A stretch of DNA of 46,195 nucleotides, from NCBI GenBank assembly GCA_038139365.1, contig JAYOST010000002.1:1-46195 (forward strand), in the 5' to 3' direction. The notes beneath the pieces are model-generated. The model saw nothing but the letters and a program-made list of their open reading frames with translations. It was not told the DNA's origin and made no database searches. Below, piece after piece: positions 10,055 through 21,300 of this stretch; within the stretch, counting starts at the first letter, position 1, and each line of letters begins with the position of its first letter. This stretch comes from Alphaproteobacteria bacterium. Lineage in GTDB: Bacteria > Pseudomonadota > Alphaproteobacteria > Puniceispirillales > Puniceispirillaceae. Position numbers and translations under genes: made by a program.

Positions 10055-11620
10055 ATGAAGGTTGGATGCCCAAAAGAGACGGTTGCAGGCGAACAGCGCG
10101 TGGCCATGACTCCCGACAGCGTTCGGCAGATCCAGAAGCTCGGCTATGACTGCGTGGTGCAGTCGGGGGCTGGTGCCGCCGCCGGATTCGATGACGCCGC
10201 CTATGAAGAGGCCGGCGCCGCTGTGGTGAAAACCGCGGCGAACCTCTGGAAACAGGCAGACATCGTGGTCAAGGTCCGCGGCGTCTCCTCCGCTGAGGAA
10301 AAAAACCTGCGCAAGGGACAGACTGTGATCAGCATGTTCTGGCCGGCGCAGAACCAGGCGCTTCTGGATACCTTCAAGGCCGCGAACAGCAACGCCATCG
10401 CCATGGATATGGTGCCACGGATCAGCCGTGCGCAGAAAATGGACGTGCTGTCCTCGATGGCAAATATCGCCGGCTATCGCGCGGTGATCGAATCGGGCAA
10501 CCAGTTCGGACGTTTCTTTACCGGCCAGATTACCGCCGCCGGCAAGGTGCCGCCGGCCAAGGTGCTGGTGATCGGTGCCGGTGTCGCCGGTCTGGCGGCG
10601 ATCGGCACAGCCACATCGCTTGGCGCCATCGTCCGTGCCTTTGATGTGCGCCCGGAAGTGGCCGAGCAGATCGAATCAATGGGCGCCGAGTTCCTGATGC
10701 TGGAATTCGAGGAAGATGGATCGGGCGAAGGCGGCTATGCCAAGCCCGCCTCGCCGGAATTCATCGAAAAGGAAATGGCGCTGTTCCGCGAACAGGCACC
10801 GGAAGTCGACATCGTCATCACCACGGCGCTGATCCCGGGCCGCCCGGCCCCAAAGCTGTGGCCTGCCGAGATGGTTGGTCTGATGAAGCCCGGGTCTGTC
10901 GTTATCGACCTGGCGGCCGAGCAGGGCGGCAATTGCGACCTGACCGTTGCCGACCAGATCGTCACCTCGGACAATGGCGTGAAGATTGTCGGCTATACCG
11001 ATTTCCCGAGCCGGATGGCGGCGCAGAGCTCGACCCTCTATGCCACCAATATCCGCCATATGCTGGATGACCTGACCCCGGAAAAGGACGGCCAGATCAC
11101 CATCAATATGGAAGATGACGTGATCCGCGGGGCCACCGTGGTTCATGCTGGCGAGATCACCTTCCCGCCGCCAGCCCCGAAGGTCCAGGCCATCGGCAAG
11201 GCGCCTGCCGCGCCAAAACCGGTTGAACTGACACCCGAGGAAAAGGCGGCGCAGGAACGCGAGGCCCACCGCAAGGCTGGCCAGCGCCAGTTTGGCATGC
11301 TGGTCCTTGGCGGGCTGTTCATGCTTCTTGTCGGGGCCTATGCGCCGGCCAGCTTCATGCAGCATTTCATCGTCTTCGCGCTGGCCTGCTTCGTCGGCTT
11401 CCAGGTGATCTGGAATGTCAGCCACGCGCTGCATACACCGCTGATGGCGGTGACCAACGCCATTTCGGGGATCATCATCCTCGGGGCGCTGTTGCAGATC
11501 AGCTCCAGCAACCAGATTGTGATGATCCTCGCCGCAATCTCCGTCCTCATCGCCACGATCAACATCGTCGGCGGTTTCATGGTGACACGCCGCATGCTGG
11601 CGATGTTCCAGAAAAGCTGA
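10055..11620 (+). CDS. pntA: NAD(P) transhydrogenase subunit alpha
   Basis: [40 protein letters not shown] and [14 protein letters not shown] motifs. Confidence 0.97.
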   Translation: MKVGCPKETVAGEQRVAMTPDSVRQIQKLGYDCVVQSGAGAAAGFDDAAYEEAGAAVVKTAANLWKQADIVVKVRGVSSAEEKNLRKGQTVISMFWPAQNQALLDTFKAANSNAIAMDMVPRISRAQKMDVLSSMANIAGYRAVIESGNQFGRFFTGQITAAGKVPPAKVLVIGAGVAGLAAIGTATSLGAIVRAFDVRPEVAEQIESMGAEFLMLEFEEDGSGEGGYAKPASPEFIEKEMALFREQAPEVDIVITTALIPGRPAPKLWPAEMVGLMKPGSVVIDLAAEQGGNCDLTVADQIVTSDNGVKIVGYTDFPSRMAAQSSTLYATNIRHMLDDLTPEKDGQITINMEDDVIRGATVVHAGEITFPPPAPKVQAIGKAPAAPKPVELTPEEKAAQEREAHRKAGQRQFGMLVLGGLFMLLVGAYAPASFMQHFIVFALACFVGFQVIWNVSHALHTPLMAVTNAISGIIILGALLQISSSNQIVMILAAISVLIATINIVGGFMVTRRMLAMFQKS

Positions 11621-11653
11621 CCAGACAGACTGATCAGGGAAAGTTGATCCGAG

Positions 11654-13027
11654 ATGAGTGCTAACATCGTCACAGCCATCTATATCGCCGCCAGCGTCTT
11701 GTTCATCCTGTCGCTCGGTGGCTTGTCCAACCAGGAAAGCGCAAAGCGTGCCGTGTGGTACGGGATCGTCGGCATGGCGCTTGCCGTCGGCGCGACCATC
11801 TTCGGCCCGCAGGTGGCAATTTCCAACATCCTGATCCTGATGATCGTGATCGGCTCGGTGATCGGCATTGTCGTCGCGCGTCGGGTCGAGATGACCGGCA
11901 TGCCGCAGCTTGTCGCCGCGCTGCATACGTTCGTCGGCGCCGCGGCCGTCTTTATCGGCATCAACTCGCATATCGCTCCACCGGCAGGTCTGGCAGGTGC
12001 GGAGCTGATCATTCATGAGGTCGAGATCTTCCTTGGCGTCTTTATCGGCGCGGTGACCACCACCGGATCGATCATCGCCTTCGGCAAGCTGTCGGGCATG
12101 CTCGACGGCAAGCCGCTGACACTGCCCGGGCGCAACATCCTGAACCTGATCGCGGTGCTTGGCTGCGTCTGGCTCGGCGGCATGTACCTGAACCAGCCTG
12201 CCGACTGGACGCTCTATCTGATGACAGCCATCGCGCTGATCTTCGGCGCGCATCTGGTGATGGCCATCGGCGGCGCCGACATGCCGGTCGTCGTCTCGAT
12301 GCTGAATTCCTATTCAGGATGGGCCGCTGCCGCCACCGGCTTCCTTCTTGGCAATGATTTGCTGATCGTCACCGGCGCCCTTGTCGGCGCCTCGGGTGCG
12401 ATTCTGTCCTACATCATGTGCCGCGCGATGAACCGCAACTTCCTGTCGGTGATCCTTGGCGGGTGGGGCACCACCGTCAGCAGCGCGCAGGAGGTCGAGG
12501 GCGAAATGATTGCCACTGATGTGGCCAGTGTTGCAGCCGACCTTCAGGACGCACAGGACATCATCATCGTGCCGGGCTATGGCATGGCGGTGGCGCAGGC
12601 ACAGGGCGCGGTTTCCGAAATCACCAGGCGCCTGCGGGCGCAGGGCAAATCGGTACGCTTTGCCATCCATCCGGTCGCCGGACGCCTTCCGGGCCATATG
12701 AATGTGCTTCTTGCCGAAGCGAAGGTGCCCTATGACATCGTTCTGGAAATGGACGAGATCAATCCAGACTTCCCCAACACGGATATGGTGATCATTCTTG
12801 GTGCCAATGACATTGTGAACCCGGCGGCACAGGACGACCCCGGAAGCCCGATCGCGGGCATGCCGGTTCTGGAAGTCTGGAAGGCCCGCCAGGTGATCAT
12901 CTCCAAGCGTGGCCAGGGTCGCGGTTATTCGGGGATCGAGAATCCGCTGTTCTTCAAGGATAACTCACGGATGCTCTATGGTGATGCCAAGGCATCGCTT
13001 GACCAGATCCTGACCAGCCTCGGCTAG
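11654..13027 (+). CDS. pntB: NAD(P) transhydrogenase subunit beta
   Basis: [27 protein letters not shown] and [18 protein letters not shown] motifs. Confidence 0.97.
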   Translation: MSANIVTAIYIAASVLFILSLGGLSNQESAKRAVWYGIVGMALAVGATIFGPQVAISNILILMIVIGSVIGIVVARRVEMTGMPQLVAALHTFVGAAAVFIGINSHIAPPAGLAGAELIIHEVEIFLGVFIGAVTTTGSIIAFGKLSGMLDGKPLTLPGRNILNLIAVLGCVWLGGMYLNQPADWTLYLMTAIALIFGAHLVMAIGGADMPVVVSMLNSYSGWAAAATGFLLGNDLLIVTGALVGASGAILSYIMCRAMNRNFLSVILGGWGTTVSSAQEVEGEMIATDVASVAADLQDAQDIIIVPGYGMAVAQAQGAVSEITRRLRAQGKSVRFAIHPVAGRLPGHMNVLLAEAKVPYDIVLEMDEINPDFPNTDMVIILGANDIVNPAAQDDPGSPIAGMPVLEVWKARQVIISKRGQGRGYSGIENPLFFKDNSRMLYGDAKASLDQILTSLG

Positions 13028-14391
13028 TCCGCCTTCTGCACGAGTTCGGCCGGTATGCCGGCCCTCTCGGCAACATCTTTCTGGCGCGCCGCCAGTGTCT
13101 CGCGGTCGAAATCATCGATCAGGTCATGGAACAGATTGTGCCAGTTGACCTCGGCCCCGAGATGCATGAAGACCGAACCAAGACCGACGGCGGCGCGGTC
13201 CATCAGCACAAATTCCCGTGGCGGCTTGATCCCGCCGATGCGTTTCAACTCGCCATGCACCTTGCCGGCAAGATCACGCCCGGCAGACCCGTTGCGAAGC
13301 GCCTGGATCGGGCGCACCCGGTCTTCCAGCAGCGGCGCATAGATGAATTCCGCCCACATGTTCAGAACCTCGATCGCCTCGCGGTCGAGCCCATGAAAGC
13401 CCCAGCTTTCGTAGGCATGAACGGCCAGCGCCTCGTCATTATCGCGAAGCGCGCGATACAGGTCGATCACCCCGCCGACAAAGGACGGGCGGAACAGCCG
13501 GATCGAGCCGAAATCCATCAGATTGATCCGGTTCTCCGAATCCAGCGAATAATTGCCAAGATGCGGGTCGCCATGAATGACGCCGTAATAATAGAAGGGC
13601 ACATACCAGACGCGGAACATGTTGCGGGCGATCTGGTTGCGCACCTCCTGCGACGGCTCTGTCTCGAGAAACGGCATCACACGGGTGCCGTCGAGCCAGC
13701 TCATGGTCATCAGCCTGCCGGTTGACAGCTCCGGACGATAGGCGGGAAGCCTCACCGCATCCTCATCCGCCAGCATGATCCTGTACATCTCGAGATTGGC
13801 AGCCTCGCGCCGATAGTCCAGCTCCTCGCGAAGCCGCTCCGACAGTTCATCATAGATGTCGCTTGTCGAGATCGCCGAATCATACCGCTCATAAAGCTGG
13901 AAGACGAGCCGAAGCTGGCGCAGATCGGCATCAATGGCCGAGGCCATGTCCGGATATTGAAGCTTCATCGCCAGCGCGTTGCCATCCAGATCAGTGGCGC
14001 GGTGGACCTGACCAAGGGACGCTGCGGAGACCGCCTCACGCGAGAAGGACTGCAGTTTCTGTTGCCAGTCGGGACCGAGTTCCGCCGCCATCCGCCGACG
14101 GGTGAACAGCCATCCCATGGCTGGCGCATCGGCCTGCAGGCTGGCCAGCTCTTCTGCATATTCCGGCGGCAGCGCATCGGGAATGGTCGACAGGATCTGC
14201 GCCACTTTCATGATCGGGCCCTTCAGCCCGCCAAGCGCGTCACGAAGATCGGCGGCATGTTTCGACCGGTCGATCTCAAGGCCAAGGTAACGCTCGCCAG
14301 CCATGCGCGCGGCAAGGCCGGTCATTGTTGTCGTTACCCGCGCATAGCGCCGCAGCCTGCCGCCGACGCGGCCATTATCCGGTGCCGCCAT
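13024..14391 (-). CDS. ABC1/UbiB (COQ8-like) atypical kinase
   Basis: KVAQ (KxGQ-like), [24 protein letters not shown] and DFG motifs; TGATG coupling to pepF. Confidence 0.9.
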   Translation of the reverse strand: MAAPDNGRVGGRLRRYARVTTTMTGLAARMAGERYLGLEIDRSKHAADLRDALGGLKGPIMKVAQILSTIPDALPPEYAEELASLQADAPAMGWLFTRRRMAAELGPDWQQKLQSFSREAVSAASLGQVHRATDLDGNALAMKLQYPDMASAIDADLRQLRLVFQLYERYDSAISTSDIYDELSERLREELDYRREAANLEMYRIMLADEDAVRLPAYRPELSTGRLMTMSWLDGTRVMPFLETEPSQEVRNQIARNMFRVWYVPFYYYGVIHGDPHLGNYSLDSENRINLMDFGSIRLFRPSFVGGVIDLYRALRDNDEALAVHAYESWGFHGLDREAIEVLNMWAEFIYAPLLEDRVRPIQALRNGSAGRDLAGKVHGELKRIGGIKPPREFVLMDRAAVGLGSVFMHLGAEVNWHNLFHDLIDDFDRETLAARQKDVAERAGIPAELVQKAD

Positions 14392-16169
14392 CAGGACAGC
14401 CCTTCCAGCTCGTCGATCATTCCAGAAATCATGTCGAGCCCCATCGACCAGAAGGCCGGATCACGCGGATCAAGACCGAAGCGTTGCAGCGCCACATCAT
14501 AGCGTTCGGTACCGCCAGCGCAGAGAAGTTCGCGATAGCTGGTCACAAAGCCGTCGGCAGTGCCATTCTGCTGCGCCCCGGCATAGCTCTGCCACAGCGC
14601 GTTCACCAGGCAGTCGCCAAAAGCATAGGCGTAGACATAGAAAGGGGTATGCACGAAATGCGGGATATAGCCCCAGATCGGCCGGTAATCATCACCGGTT
14701 CGCACCGCCGGGCCAAGTGCCGCGCGCTGCGTCTCCATCCAGATGTCGGAAATCTCCTCGGCTGTCAGCTCGGCCGTGCGGCGCGCCTCATGAAAGCGGG
14801 TTTCGAAATTATGGAAGGCGATCTGGCGGACCACCGTATTCAGCATATCCTCGACCTTGCCGGCAAGCAGGCGGCGGCGGGTGCCGGCATCCTCGGCGCT
14901 GTCGACAAGCCGCCGGAAGGTCAGCATCTCGGCAAAGACCGAAGCCGTCTCGGCAAGTGTCAGCGGCGTATCCGCCATCAGATAACCGCGGTCGGCGGCA
15001 AGACATTGGTGAATGCCATGCCCCATTTCATGCGCCAGCGTCATCACATCGCGCGACTTGCCGGAGAAGTTCATCAGGATATAGGGGTGCGCCGAAGGCG
15101 TGACAGGGTGCGAGAAGGCGCCAGAGCTCTTTCCGGCACGCGGCGCCGCATCAATCCAGTTACGGGCGAAGAACGGTTCGGCAAGCTCGGCCATCTTCGA
15201 ATCGAACCCGGCAAAGCTGTCGAGGACAAGATGCTTGGCCTCATCCCAGGCAAAACTGCGGTCATCATCGTCGGGAAGCGGCGCGTTGCGGTCCCACCAG
15301 TCGATGCTCTCACCGCCCATCCAGCCGGCCTTCAGACGATAATAGCGATGCGCCAGGTCGGCATTGCGCGAGCCAACCGCGCTGACAAGCGCATCGACGG
15401 TTTCATCATCGACATCATTATCGAGGTTGCGCGCCGCAACCGGCCGGCTAAAGCCGCGCCAGCGATCCTCGACCTCCTTGTCCTTGGCGATGGTGTTCAG
15501 CACAAGCGACAACAGCCGTTCATTCGATTTCATCACCGAGGACAGCGACGCGCCGGCCTCACGCCGTTCATCGGCATCGGCGCTGGATAGCGAATTCAGG
15601 ATTTCCGCCTCGGTCACATCGGCACCCTGAAAGGGGAAACGCAGCGAGGCAGCGGTTTCGTCGAACAGCCGCACCCAGGCGCCGCGCCCGCTCGGCGCGC
15701 GCTCGGCCAGCATCCGTTCCATATCGGGGGCCAGCATATGCGGGGCATAGGCGCGCACCCGCCGAAGCCACGGAATCCAGTGGGCCAGCACCGCCACCTT
15801 CACCAGCTCGTCCATGCGCTCCTGCGGCATTGCCGCCAGCTCCAGCTCGACAAACAGCAGTGCCGACGCAATCTCGGCACCAGTCTCGCGGATCGACTGG
15901 TGATGACGGGCGATATCGGCATCAGTGGTATTGGCAGCGAATTGCAGCTGCGCATGGCTTGCCGCCTTGCCAAGGATTTCGGTGATCCGTTCATATTCGG
16001 CAATCACTGTCGCCAGTTCGGCGGCATCGGCGCTGGCGAGCCTGCCCTGCCAGGCCTCGGCAAGCGCCGCGGCGGCGGCTCGGGCCCCCTCGATATCAGA
16101 GGTGATCGCGGCATCGCCGATATCGGCATAGAGATCGGTCAGGTCCCAGATGGGGCAACTGTCAGGCAT
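14391..16169 (-). CDS. pepF: M3B oligoendopeptidase F
   Basis: GKSSGAFS, HPYILMNF, TLAHEMGHG (HExxH), LAETASVFAE and PFYVYAYAFG motifs. Confidence 0.93.
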   Translation of the reverse strand: MPDSCPIWDLTDLYADIGDAAITSDIEGARAAAAALAEAWQGRLASADAAELATVIAEYERITEILGKAASHAQLQFAANTTDADIARHHQSIRETGAEIASALLFVELELAAMPQERMDELVKVAVLAHWIPWLRRVRAYAPHMLAPDMERMLAERAPSGRGAWVRLFDETAASLRFPFQGADVTEAEILNSLSSADADERREAGASLSSVMKSNERLLSLVLNTIAKDKEVEDRWRGFSRPVAARNLDNDVDDETVDALVSAVGSRNADLAHRYYRLKAGWMGGESIDWWDRNAPLPDDDDRSFAWDEAKHLVLDSFAGFDSKMAELAEPFFARNWIDAAPRAGKSSGAFSHPVTPSAHPYILMNFSGKSRDVMTLAHEMGHGIHQCLAADRGYLMADTPLTLAETASVFAEMLTFRRLVDSAEDAGTRRRLLAGKVEDMLNTVVRQIAFHNFETRFHEARRTAELTAEEISDIWMETQRAALGPAVRTGDDYRPIWGYIPHFVHTPFYVYAYAFGDCLVNALWQSYAGAQQNGTADGFVTSYRELLCAGGTERYDVALQRFGLDPRDPAFWSMGLDMISGMIDELEGLS

Positions 16170-16236
16170 CGGTCACTCTTGCTTAGTCCGGTTGTCATTT
16201 GAAAAACGCGGCTGCCGGTATCGCCGCATGCACCCG

Positions 16237-16265
16237 ATATGGGGGTCAGGCGCCACCACCGCAAG
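16237..16265 (-). promoter_or_regulatory. Sigma32 (RpoH)-like promoter for the pepF-ABC1 kinase unit
   Basis: Minus strand reads CTTGCG-N15-CCCCATAT, ending 67 nt upstream of the pepF ATG. Confidence 0.6.
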
Positions 16266-16332
16266 CCATATCGTAACATCATCGCCATATGTCAGATTGT
16301 TTTAGCCTCACGGCGATGTGAGCCATTTGATC

Positions 16333-16361
16333 TTGCCTAAATCGGCTGACCAGCATAGTCT
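16333..16361 (+). promoter_or_regulatory. Sigma70 promoter of the glycine riboswitch / gcv operon
   Basis: TTGCCT-N17-TAGTCT, about 10 nt before aptamer 1. Confidence 0.6.
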
Positions 16362-16370
16362 TTGCCGGCT

Positions 16371-16625
16371 CGATACAGAGAAGGGGAGAGAGTCGCAGCG
16401 CAGGTTCCAGACGAGTGATCGACGGAACCAACGGCAGAGCCATCGCCGCGACCACCGAAGGAGCAACCGCCCGGGAAACTCTCAGGTACCCGTACTCTTT
16501 TTTGTGAGCACTCTGGAAAGCGGCACAGCAGTGCCCACCGACGGGGAAAGCCGTCTTGCCGGACTGATCTGTTGAAGATCACCGGCCAAGGCGGGAAATC
16601 TCTCAGGTTACGAGGACAGAGAGGG
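16371..16625 (+). ncRNA. Tandem glycine riboswitch (two aptamers)
   Basis: Aptamer 1: GGAGAG...CACCGAAGGAGCAA...GAAACTCTCAGG. Aptamer 2: CTCTGGAAAG...CACCGACGGGGAAA...AATCTCTCAGG...GGACAGAG. Lies directly upstream of gcvT. Confidence 0.95.
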
Positions 16626-16667
16626 CACTTTCGATCTTGTTGATTGACATGATCGAAGGTCCTTTTT
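16624..16667 (+). terminator. Riboswitch expression-platform terminator
   Basis: GGCACTTTCGATC...GATCGAAGGTCC stem followed by TTTTT, abutting the 3' P1 strand of aptamer 2. Confidence 0.7.
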
Positions 16668-16689
16668 GCGTCGCAACAGGAGAGCCACG

Positions 16690-17799
16690 GTGGAGACAAG
16701 CAAGACCCTTCTTCACACCACACCCCTTCATGCCTTCCATGTGGCGCATGGTGCCCGCATGGTGCCGTTCGCCGGCTGGGACATGCCGGTGCAATATGCC
16801 GACGGCATCAAGGCCGAGCATCTGGCAACGCGCGAGTCCGCCGGTCTGTTCGATGTCTCTCACATGGCCCAGGTCTGGTTGTCAGGCCCTGCCGCCGAGG
16901 CAATGCTGGAAGCGCTGACACCCACTGATGTCAGGGCGATTGGTGAAGGCCGGGTGCGCTATTCTTTGTTTCTGAACGAAACCGGCGGTGTTCTGGATGA
17001 TCTGATGATCGCGCGTCTTGACGGCGGGCTCCAGCTTGTCGTGAACGCCGGTCGTGCCGATCATGACATTGCGCATCTTCGTGCCCATCTTGGCGACGGG
17101 GTGGAGATGACGGTGAAGTCCGACCGTGCCCTGCTGGCGCTTCAGGGGCCGCAATCACCAGCCGTCCTTGAACGCCTCGGCCTCGACCTTGCCGGCTTTC
17201 ATTTCATGCAGATTGGTCATTTCAGCATTGATGGGGCCGATTGCATCGTCACCCGCTCAGGTTACACAGGCGAGGACGGGTTCGAGATTTCGATGCCGGC
17301 CGAGGATGCCGAAAGGCTGGCAACGCGGCTTCTCGCCGATGACGCTGTCAGCCTTGCCGGCCTTGGCGCCCGCGACACGCTGCGCCTCGAGGCCGGGCTG
17401 CCGCTCTGGGGGCATGAGCTTGACGAGACGATCAACCCGGTGGCTGCCGGTCTGCGCTTTGCCCTGTCAAAGCGTCGGCGTGAAGCTGGTGATTTCCCCG
17501 GGGCCGGGCCGATCCTTGACGATTTCGCCAATGGCGCGCCGCGCCAGCTTGTCGGGCTGCTGCCGCAGGGTGGCCGGCCAGTGCGCGACGGGGCCGAACT
17601 GGCACTGGATGGCACCATTGTCGGGATCGTCACTTCGGGCGGTTTTGCCCCCAGTCTTGATGCCCCGGCCGCACTCGGTTTCGTGGATTCCGAGCTGGCC
17701 GCCGCAGGCACCGAATTAATGGCGCTGACGCGTGGCCGCGAGACACCGGTCGTCACGGCGGCGCTCCCGCTTGTTCCCCATCGTTACATCCGCGGATGA
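16690..17799 (+). CDS. gcvT: Glycine cleavage system T protein
   Basis: [30 protein letters not shown] and [13 protein letters not shown] motifs; AGGAGA RBS before a GTG start. Confidence 0.97.
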   Translation: METSKTLLHTTPLHAFHVAHGARMVPFAGWDMPVQYADGIKAEHLATRESAGLFDVSHMAQVWLSGPAAEAMLEALTPTDVRAIGEGRVRYSLFLNETGGVLDDLMIARLDGGLQLVVNAGRADHDIAHLRAHLGDGVEMTVKSDRALLALQGPQSPAVLERLGLDLAGFHFMQIGHFSIDGADCIVTRSGYTGEDGFEISMPAEDAERLATRLLADDAVSLAGLGARDTLRLEAGLPLWGHELDETINPVAAGLRFALSKRRREAGDFPGAGPILDDFANGAPRQLVGLLPQGGRPVRDGAELALDGTIVGIVTSGGFAPSLDAPAALGFVDSELAAAGTELMALTRGRETPVVTAALPLVPHRYIRG

Positions 17800-17826
17800 C
17801 AGAAAACAGCACAGAAGGAGACCAGG

Positions 17827-18189
17827 ATGCTGCGTTACACCGAAGACCATGAATGGATCAATCTTGAGGGAGATACCGGCACGGTCGGCATTTCACCACA
17901 CGCCATCGAACAGCTTGGCGACATCGTCTTTGTCGAGCTTCCCGAGGCCGGCACCACGGTTGCCCGCGGCGAGTCGGTCGCGGTGTTTGAATCGGTAAAG
18001 GCCGCGTCGGACATTTACAGCCCGGCCGGTGGCGAAATCACCGAGATCAATGCGGGGCTTCTTGACGACCTGACAGCGATCACCCCGGAACGCGCCCGTG
18101 AATGCTGGCTTTTCAAGATCCGCATCGAAAACGCCAGTGACCTTGACGAGTTGATGGATGAGGAATCCTACAACGCGATGATCGCCTAG
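17827..18189 (+). CDS. gcvH: Glycine cleavage system H protein
   Basis: YTEDHEW, LGDIVFVELP and ESVKAASD (lipoyl Lys) motifs. Confidence 0.97.
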   Translation: MLRYTEDHEWINLEGDTGTVGISPHAIEQLGDIVFVELPEAGTTVARGESVAVFESVKAASDIYSPAGGEITEINAGLLDDLTAITPERARECWLFKIRIENASDLDELMDEESYNAMIA

Positions 18190-18292
18190 GGCCAGGCGGC
18201 CTCCCCCATTTGCCGCGCCCGTATGAGGAAACAAAAGAAAGGCTGATGAAATGCCGGGTGCCACCGGTCAGCACAAAGCAAAGGAGAGTGTC

Positions 18293-21142
18293 ATGTCACC
18301 ATTAGAGTCTGGATTTGCAGCGACCGGATCAGCGCCGCAGGCCCCCTTCTCGACCCGCCATATCGGATTGAACGCGCATGATATGAAACGCATGCTGGCG
18401 GCCCTGGATCTGCCGTCAGTCGACGCGCTGATGGACGAGGTCGTTCCGGTGAATATCCGCCGTGCCGACGAGATGCAGATCGGGGCGCCGCTGTCGGAGG
18501 CCGAAATCCTCGCCGAATTACGCGAGATCGCCAGCAGGAACAGGATCGTCACCTCGCTGATCGGCATGGGATATTACGGCTGCCATACGCCGCCGGTGAT
18601 CCTTCGCAATGTTCTTGAAAACCCGGCCTGGTACACCGCCTACACCCCGTATCAGCCTGAAATCTCGCAAGGGCGGCTCGAGGCCATTCTGAACTTCCAG
18701 ACAATGGTGATCGAACTGACCGGCATGGATATCGCCAACGGCTCGCTTCTCGACGAGGCGACAGCCGCCGCCGAGGGCATGGCCATGGCCTATCGCGCGC
18801 ATCGCGGCAAGGGCACCCTGTTCCGCGTTGACCCCGACACCCATCCACAGACGCTGGCCGTGCTGCGCACCCGCGCCGCGCCGATCGGCATCGAGATAGA
18901 GGTTCGTGACACCGCCGAGACCTATGACGAAGGATGTTTCGGGGCGCTGATCAGCTATCCCGGAAGCACCGGCGATGTACGTGACATCAAGCCCGAGATC
19001 GAGGCTGTCCATGCCGCCGGCGGTCTGGCGATCGTTGCCAGCGACCTGCTGGCGCTGACGATGATCGAATCCCCCGGCGCGCTTGGCGCCGATATGGTTC
19101 TGGGGTCATCACAGCGTTTTGGCGTGCCGTTCGGATATGGTGGCCCGCACGCCGCTTTCTTCGCCTGCCGCACGGCGCATCAGCGCTCGATCCCCGGCCG
19201 GTTGGTCGGCGTCAGCCAGGACAATTCCGGCCGCATGGCCTATCGTCTCGCCCTGCAGACACGCGAGCAGCATATCCGCCGTGAGAAAGCCACCTCCAAC
19301 ATCTGCACCGCGCAGGTGCTGCTGGCGGTGATGGCCGGATTCTACGGCCTGTGGCATGGGCCCGAGGGGCTGACCCGCATTGCCGGGCATGCACATGGCA
19401 TGGCCTGCCGTTTTGCCGCGGCGATGCGCGCAGCCGGGCGCACCATCCGTCATCACGGCTTTTTTGACACGGTCACCATCGAGGCCGGCGATGATGCCGA
19501 GGCGCTGGTTGCCGCAGCACTCGACGCCGGCATAAATCTGCGCCGTCTCGACGGCGCGGTGGCGGCAAGCTTTGATGAGACCAGCGATGAGAAGATGCTG
19601 GCAAATCTGCTGTCGGCGCTTGGTGCCGACATGGTTGACGAAGCCCCGATGGCGATCCCCGCAGGGCTGGCGAGATCGGACGGCTTCATGCGGCAGCCGG
19701 TGTTCCACCGCTATCGCACCGAGACCGAGATGCTCCGCTATATGCGGAGCCTCGCCGACCGTGATCTGGCGCTTGACCGCTGCATGATTCCGCTGGGGTC
19801 CTGCACGATGAAGCTGAATGCCACTGCCGAGATGATCCCGGTGACCTGGCCTGAATTCGCGCAGATTCACCCCTTTGCGCCGGCAGACCAGGCCGAGGGC
19901 TATGCCGAGATGATCCGCAAGCTGGAAGTGATGCTGGCTGATTGCACCGGTTATGACGCGGTATCGGTGCAGCCTAACGCCGGATCGCAGGGGGAATTTG
20001 CCGGGCTGATGGCCATTTCGCGCTATCACCAGTCACGCGGTGACCACCACCGCAATGTCTGCCTGATCCCGCAATCCGCACATGGCACCAATCCGGCGTC
20101 GGCGGCGATGGCCGGCATGAAGGTGGTCGTTGTGAAGTGCGATGATGACGGCAATGTCGATATCGGCGACCTGATGGACAAGACAGAGGCACATCGCGAC
20201 AATCTGGCGGCGATCATGGTGACCTATCCGTCAACGCATGGTGTGTTTGAGGAATCGATCACCGAACTGTGTGACATCGTCCATGAAGCTGGCGGCCAGG
20301 TCTATGTCGACGGGGCCAATCTGAACGCACTTGTCGGGCATTGCGCACCGCCGCAATTCGGTGCGGATGTCAGTCATCTGAACCTTCACAAGACGTTCTG
20401 CATTCCGCATGGCGGCGGGGGTCCGGGCGTTGGCCCGATCGGCGTCGCCGGGCATCTGGCACCGTTCCTTCCCGGGTCGCCACTTGGCGGCGAGGGGGCG
20501 GTCAGCGCTGCCCCCTTCGGGTCGGCAGGCATTCTGCCGATCACCTATGCCTATATCCGAATGATGGGAACCGACGGTCTTCGCGAGGCCACGTCGAGCG
20601 CCATTCTGGCGGCCAACTATATGGCGGCGCGGCTGAAGGATCATTACCCGGTTCTCTATAGCGGCGCGAACGGGCGGGTGGCGCATGAATGCATCATCGA
20701 CATTCGCGGCATCCAGGACCGCGCCGGCATCAGCAATGAGGATATTGCCAAGCGGCTGATCGATTTCGGCTTCCACGCGCCGACCATGTCCTTCCCGGTC
20801 GCGGGAACGCTGATGATCGAGCCGACAGAGTCGGAATCGATTGCCGAGATCGACAGGTTCTGCGACGCGATGCTGGCCATCGCCGCGGAAATCGCGAAGG
20901 TCGAGGAAGGGGTCTGGCCGGCAGATGACAACCCGCTCGTCAACGCACCGCACACCGCGGCCGACCTGATGTGTGATGACTGGGCTCATCCTTACAGCCG
21001 GGCCGAGGCGGGCGATCCCGAAGGCAACAAACAGGCGAACAAATACTGGCCACCTGTCGGGCGCGTTGACAACGCCTTTGGTGACCGCAACCTGATCTGC
21101 AGTTGCCCCAGCATCGATGAATGGGAGGCTGCCGCCGAATAA
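18293..21142 (+). CDS. gcvP: Glycine dehydrogenase (decarboxylating), single-chain P protein
   Basis: [39 protein letters not shown] and HLNLHKTF (PLP Lys) motifs; AAGGAG RBS. Confidence 0.98.
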   Translation: MSPLESGFAATGSAPQAPFSTRHIGLNAHDMKRMLAALDLPSVDALMDEVVPVNIRRADEMQIGAPLSEAEILAELREIASRNRIVTSLIGMGYYGCHTPPVILRNVLENPAWYTAYTPYQPEISQGRLEAILNFQTMVIELTGMDIANGSLLDEATAAAEGMAMAYRAHRGKGTLFRVDPDTHPQTLAVLRTRAAPIGIEIEVRDTAETYDEGCFGALISYPGSTGDVRDIKPEIEAVHAAGGLAIVASDLLALTMIESPGALGADMVLGSSQRFGVPFGYGGPHAAFFACRTAHQRSIPGRLVGVSQDNSGRMAYRLALQTREQHIRREKATSNICTAQVLLAVMAGFYGLWHGPEGLTRIAGHAHGMACRFAAAMRAAGRTIRHHGFFDTVTIEAGDDAEALVAAALDAGINLRRLDGAVAASFDETSDEKMLANLLSALGADMVDEAPMAIPAGLARSDGFMRQPVFHRYRTETEMLRYMRSLADRDLALDRCMIPLGSCTMKLNATAEMIPVTWPEFAQIHPFAPADQAEGYAEMIRKLEVMLADCTGYDAVSVQPNAGSQGEFAGLMAISRYHQSRGDHHRNVCLIPQSAHGTNPASAAMAGMKVVVVKCDDDGNVDIGDLMDKTEAHRDNLAAIMVTYPSTHGVFEESITELCDIVHEAGGQVYVDGANLNALVGHCAPPQFGADVSHLNLHKTFCIPHGGGGPGVGPIGVAGHLAPFLPGSPLGGEGAVSAAPFGSAGILPITYAYIRMMGTDGLREATSSAILAANYMAARLKDHYPVLYSGANGRVAHECIIDIRGIQDRAGISNEDIAKRLIDFGFHAPTMSFPVAGTLMIEPTESESIAEIDRFCDAMLAIAAEIAKVEEGVWPADDNPLVNAPHTAADLMCDDWAHPYSRAEAGDPEGNKQANKYWPPVGRVDNAFGDRNLICSCPSIDEWEAAAE

Positions 21143-21300
21143 CCAAAAGCCTATTGGCAAAATGCCGCTGACCACACCATATTGACCATCACATCAGGGG
21201 CGCGGACCGTGTCAAGCGGCGCGCGGCCCTGTTGGGTCGGCGGGCATTGCCGACATGATGAATGCCAAACATGTAAACCAAGATTGATAAGGCCTTGCAC

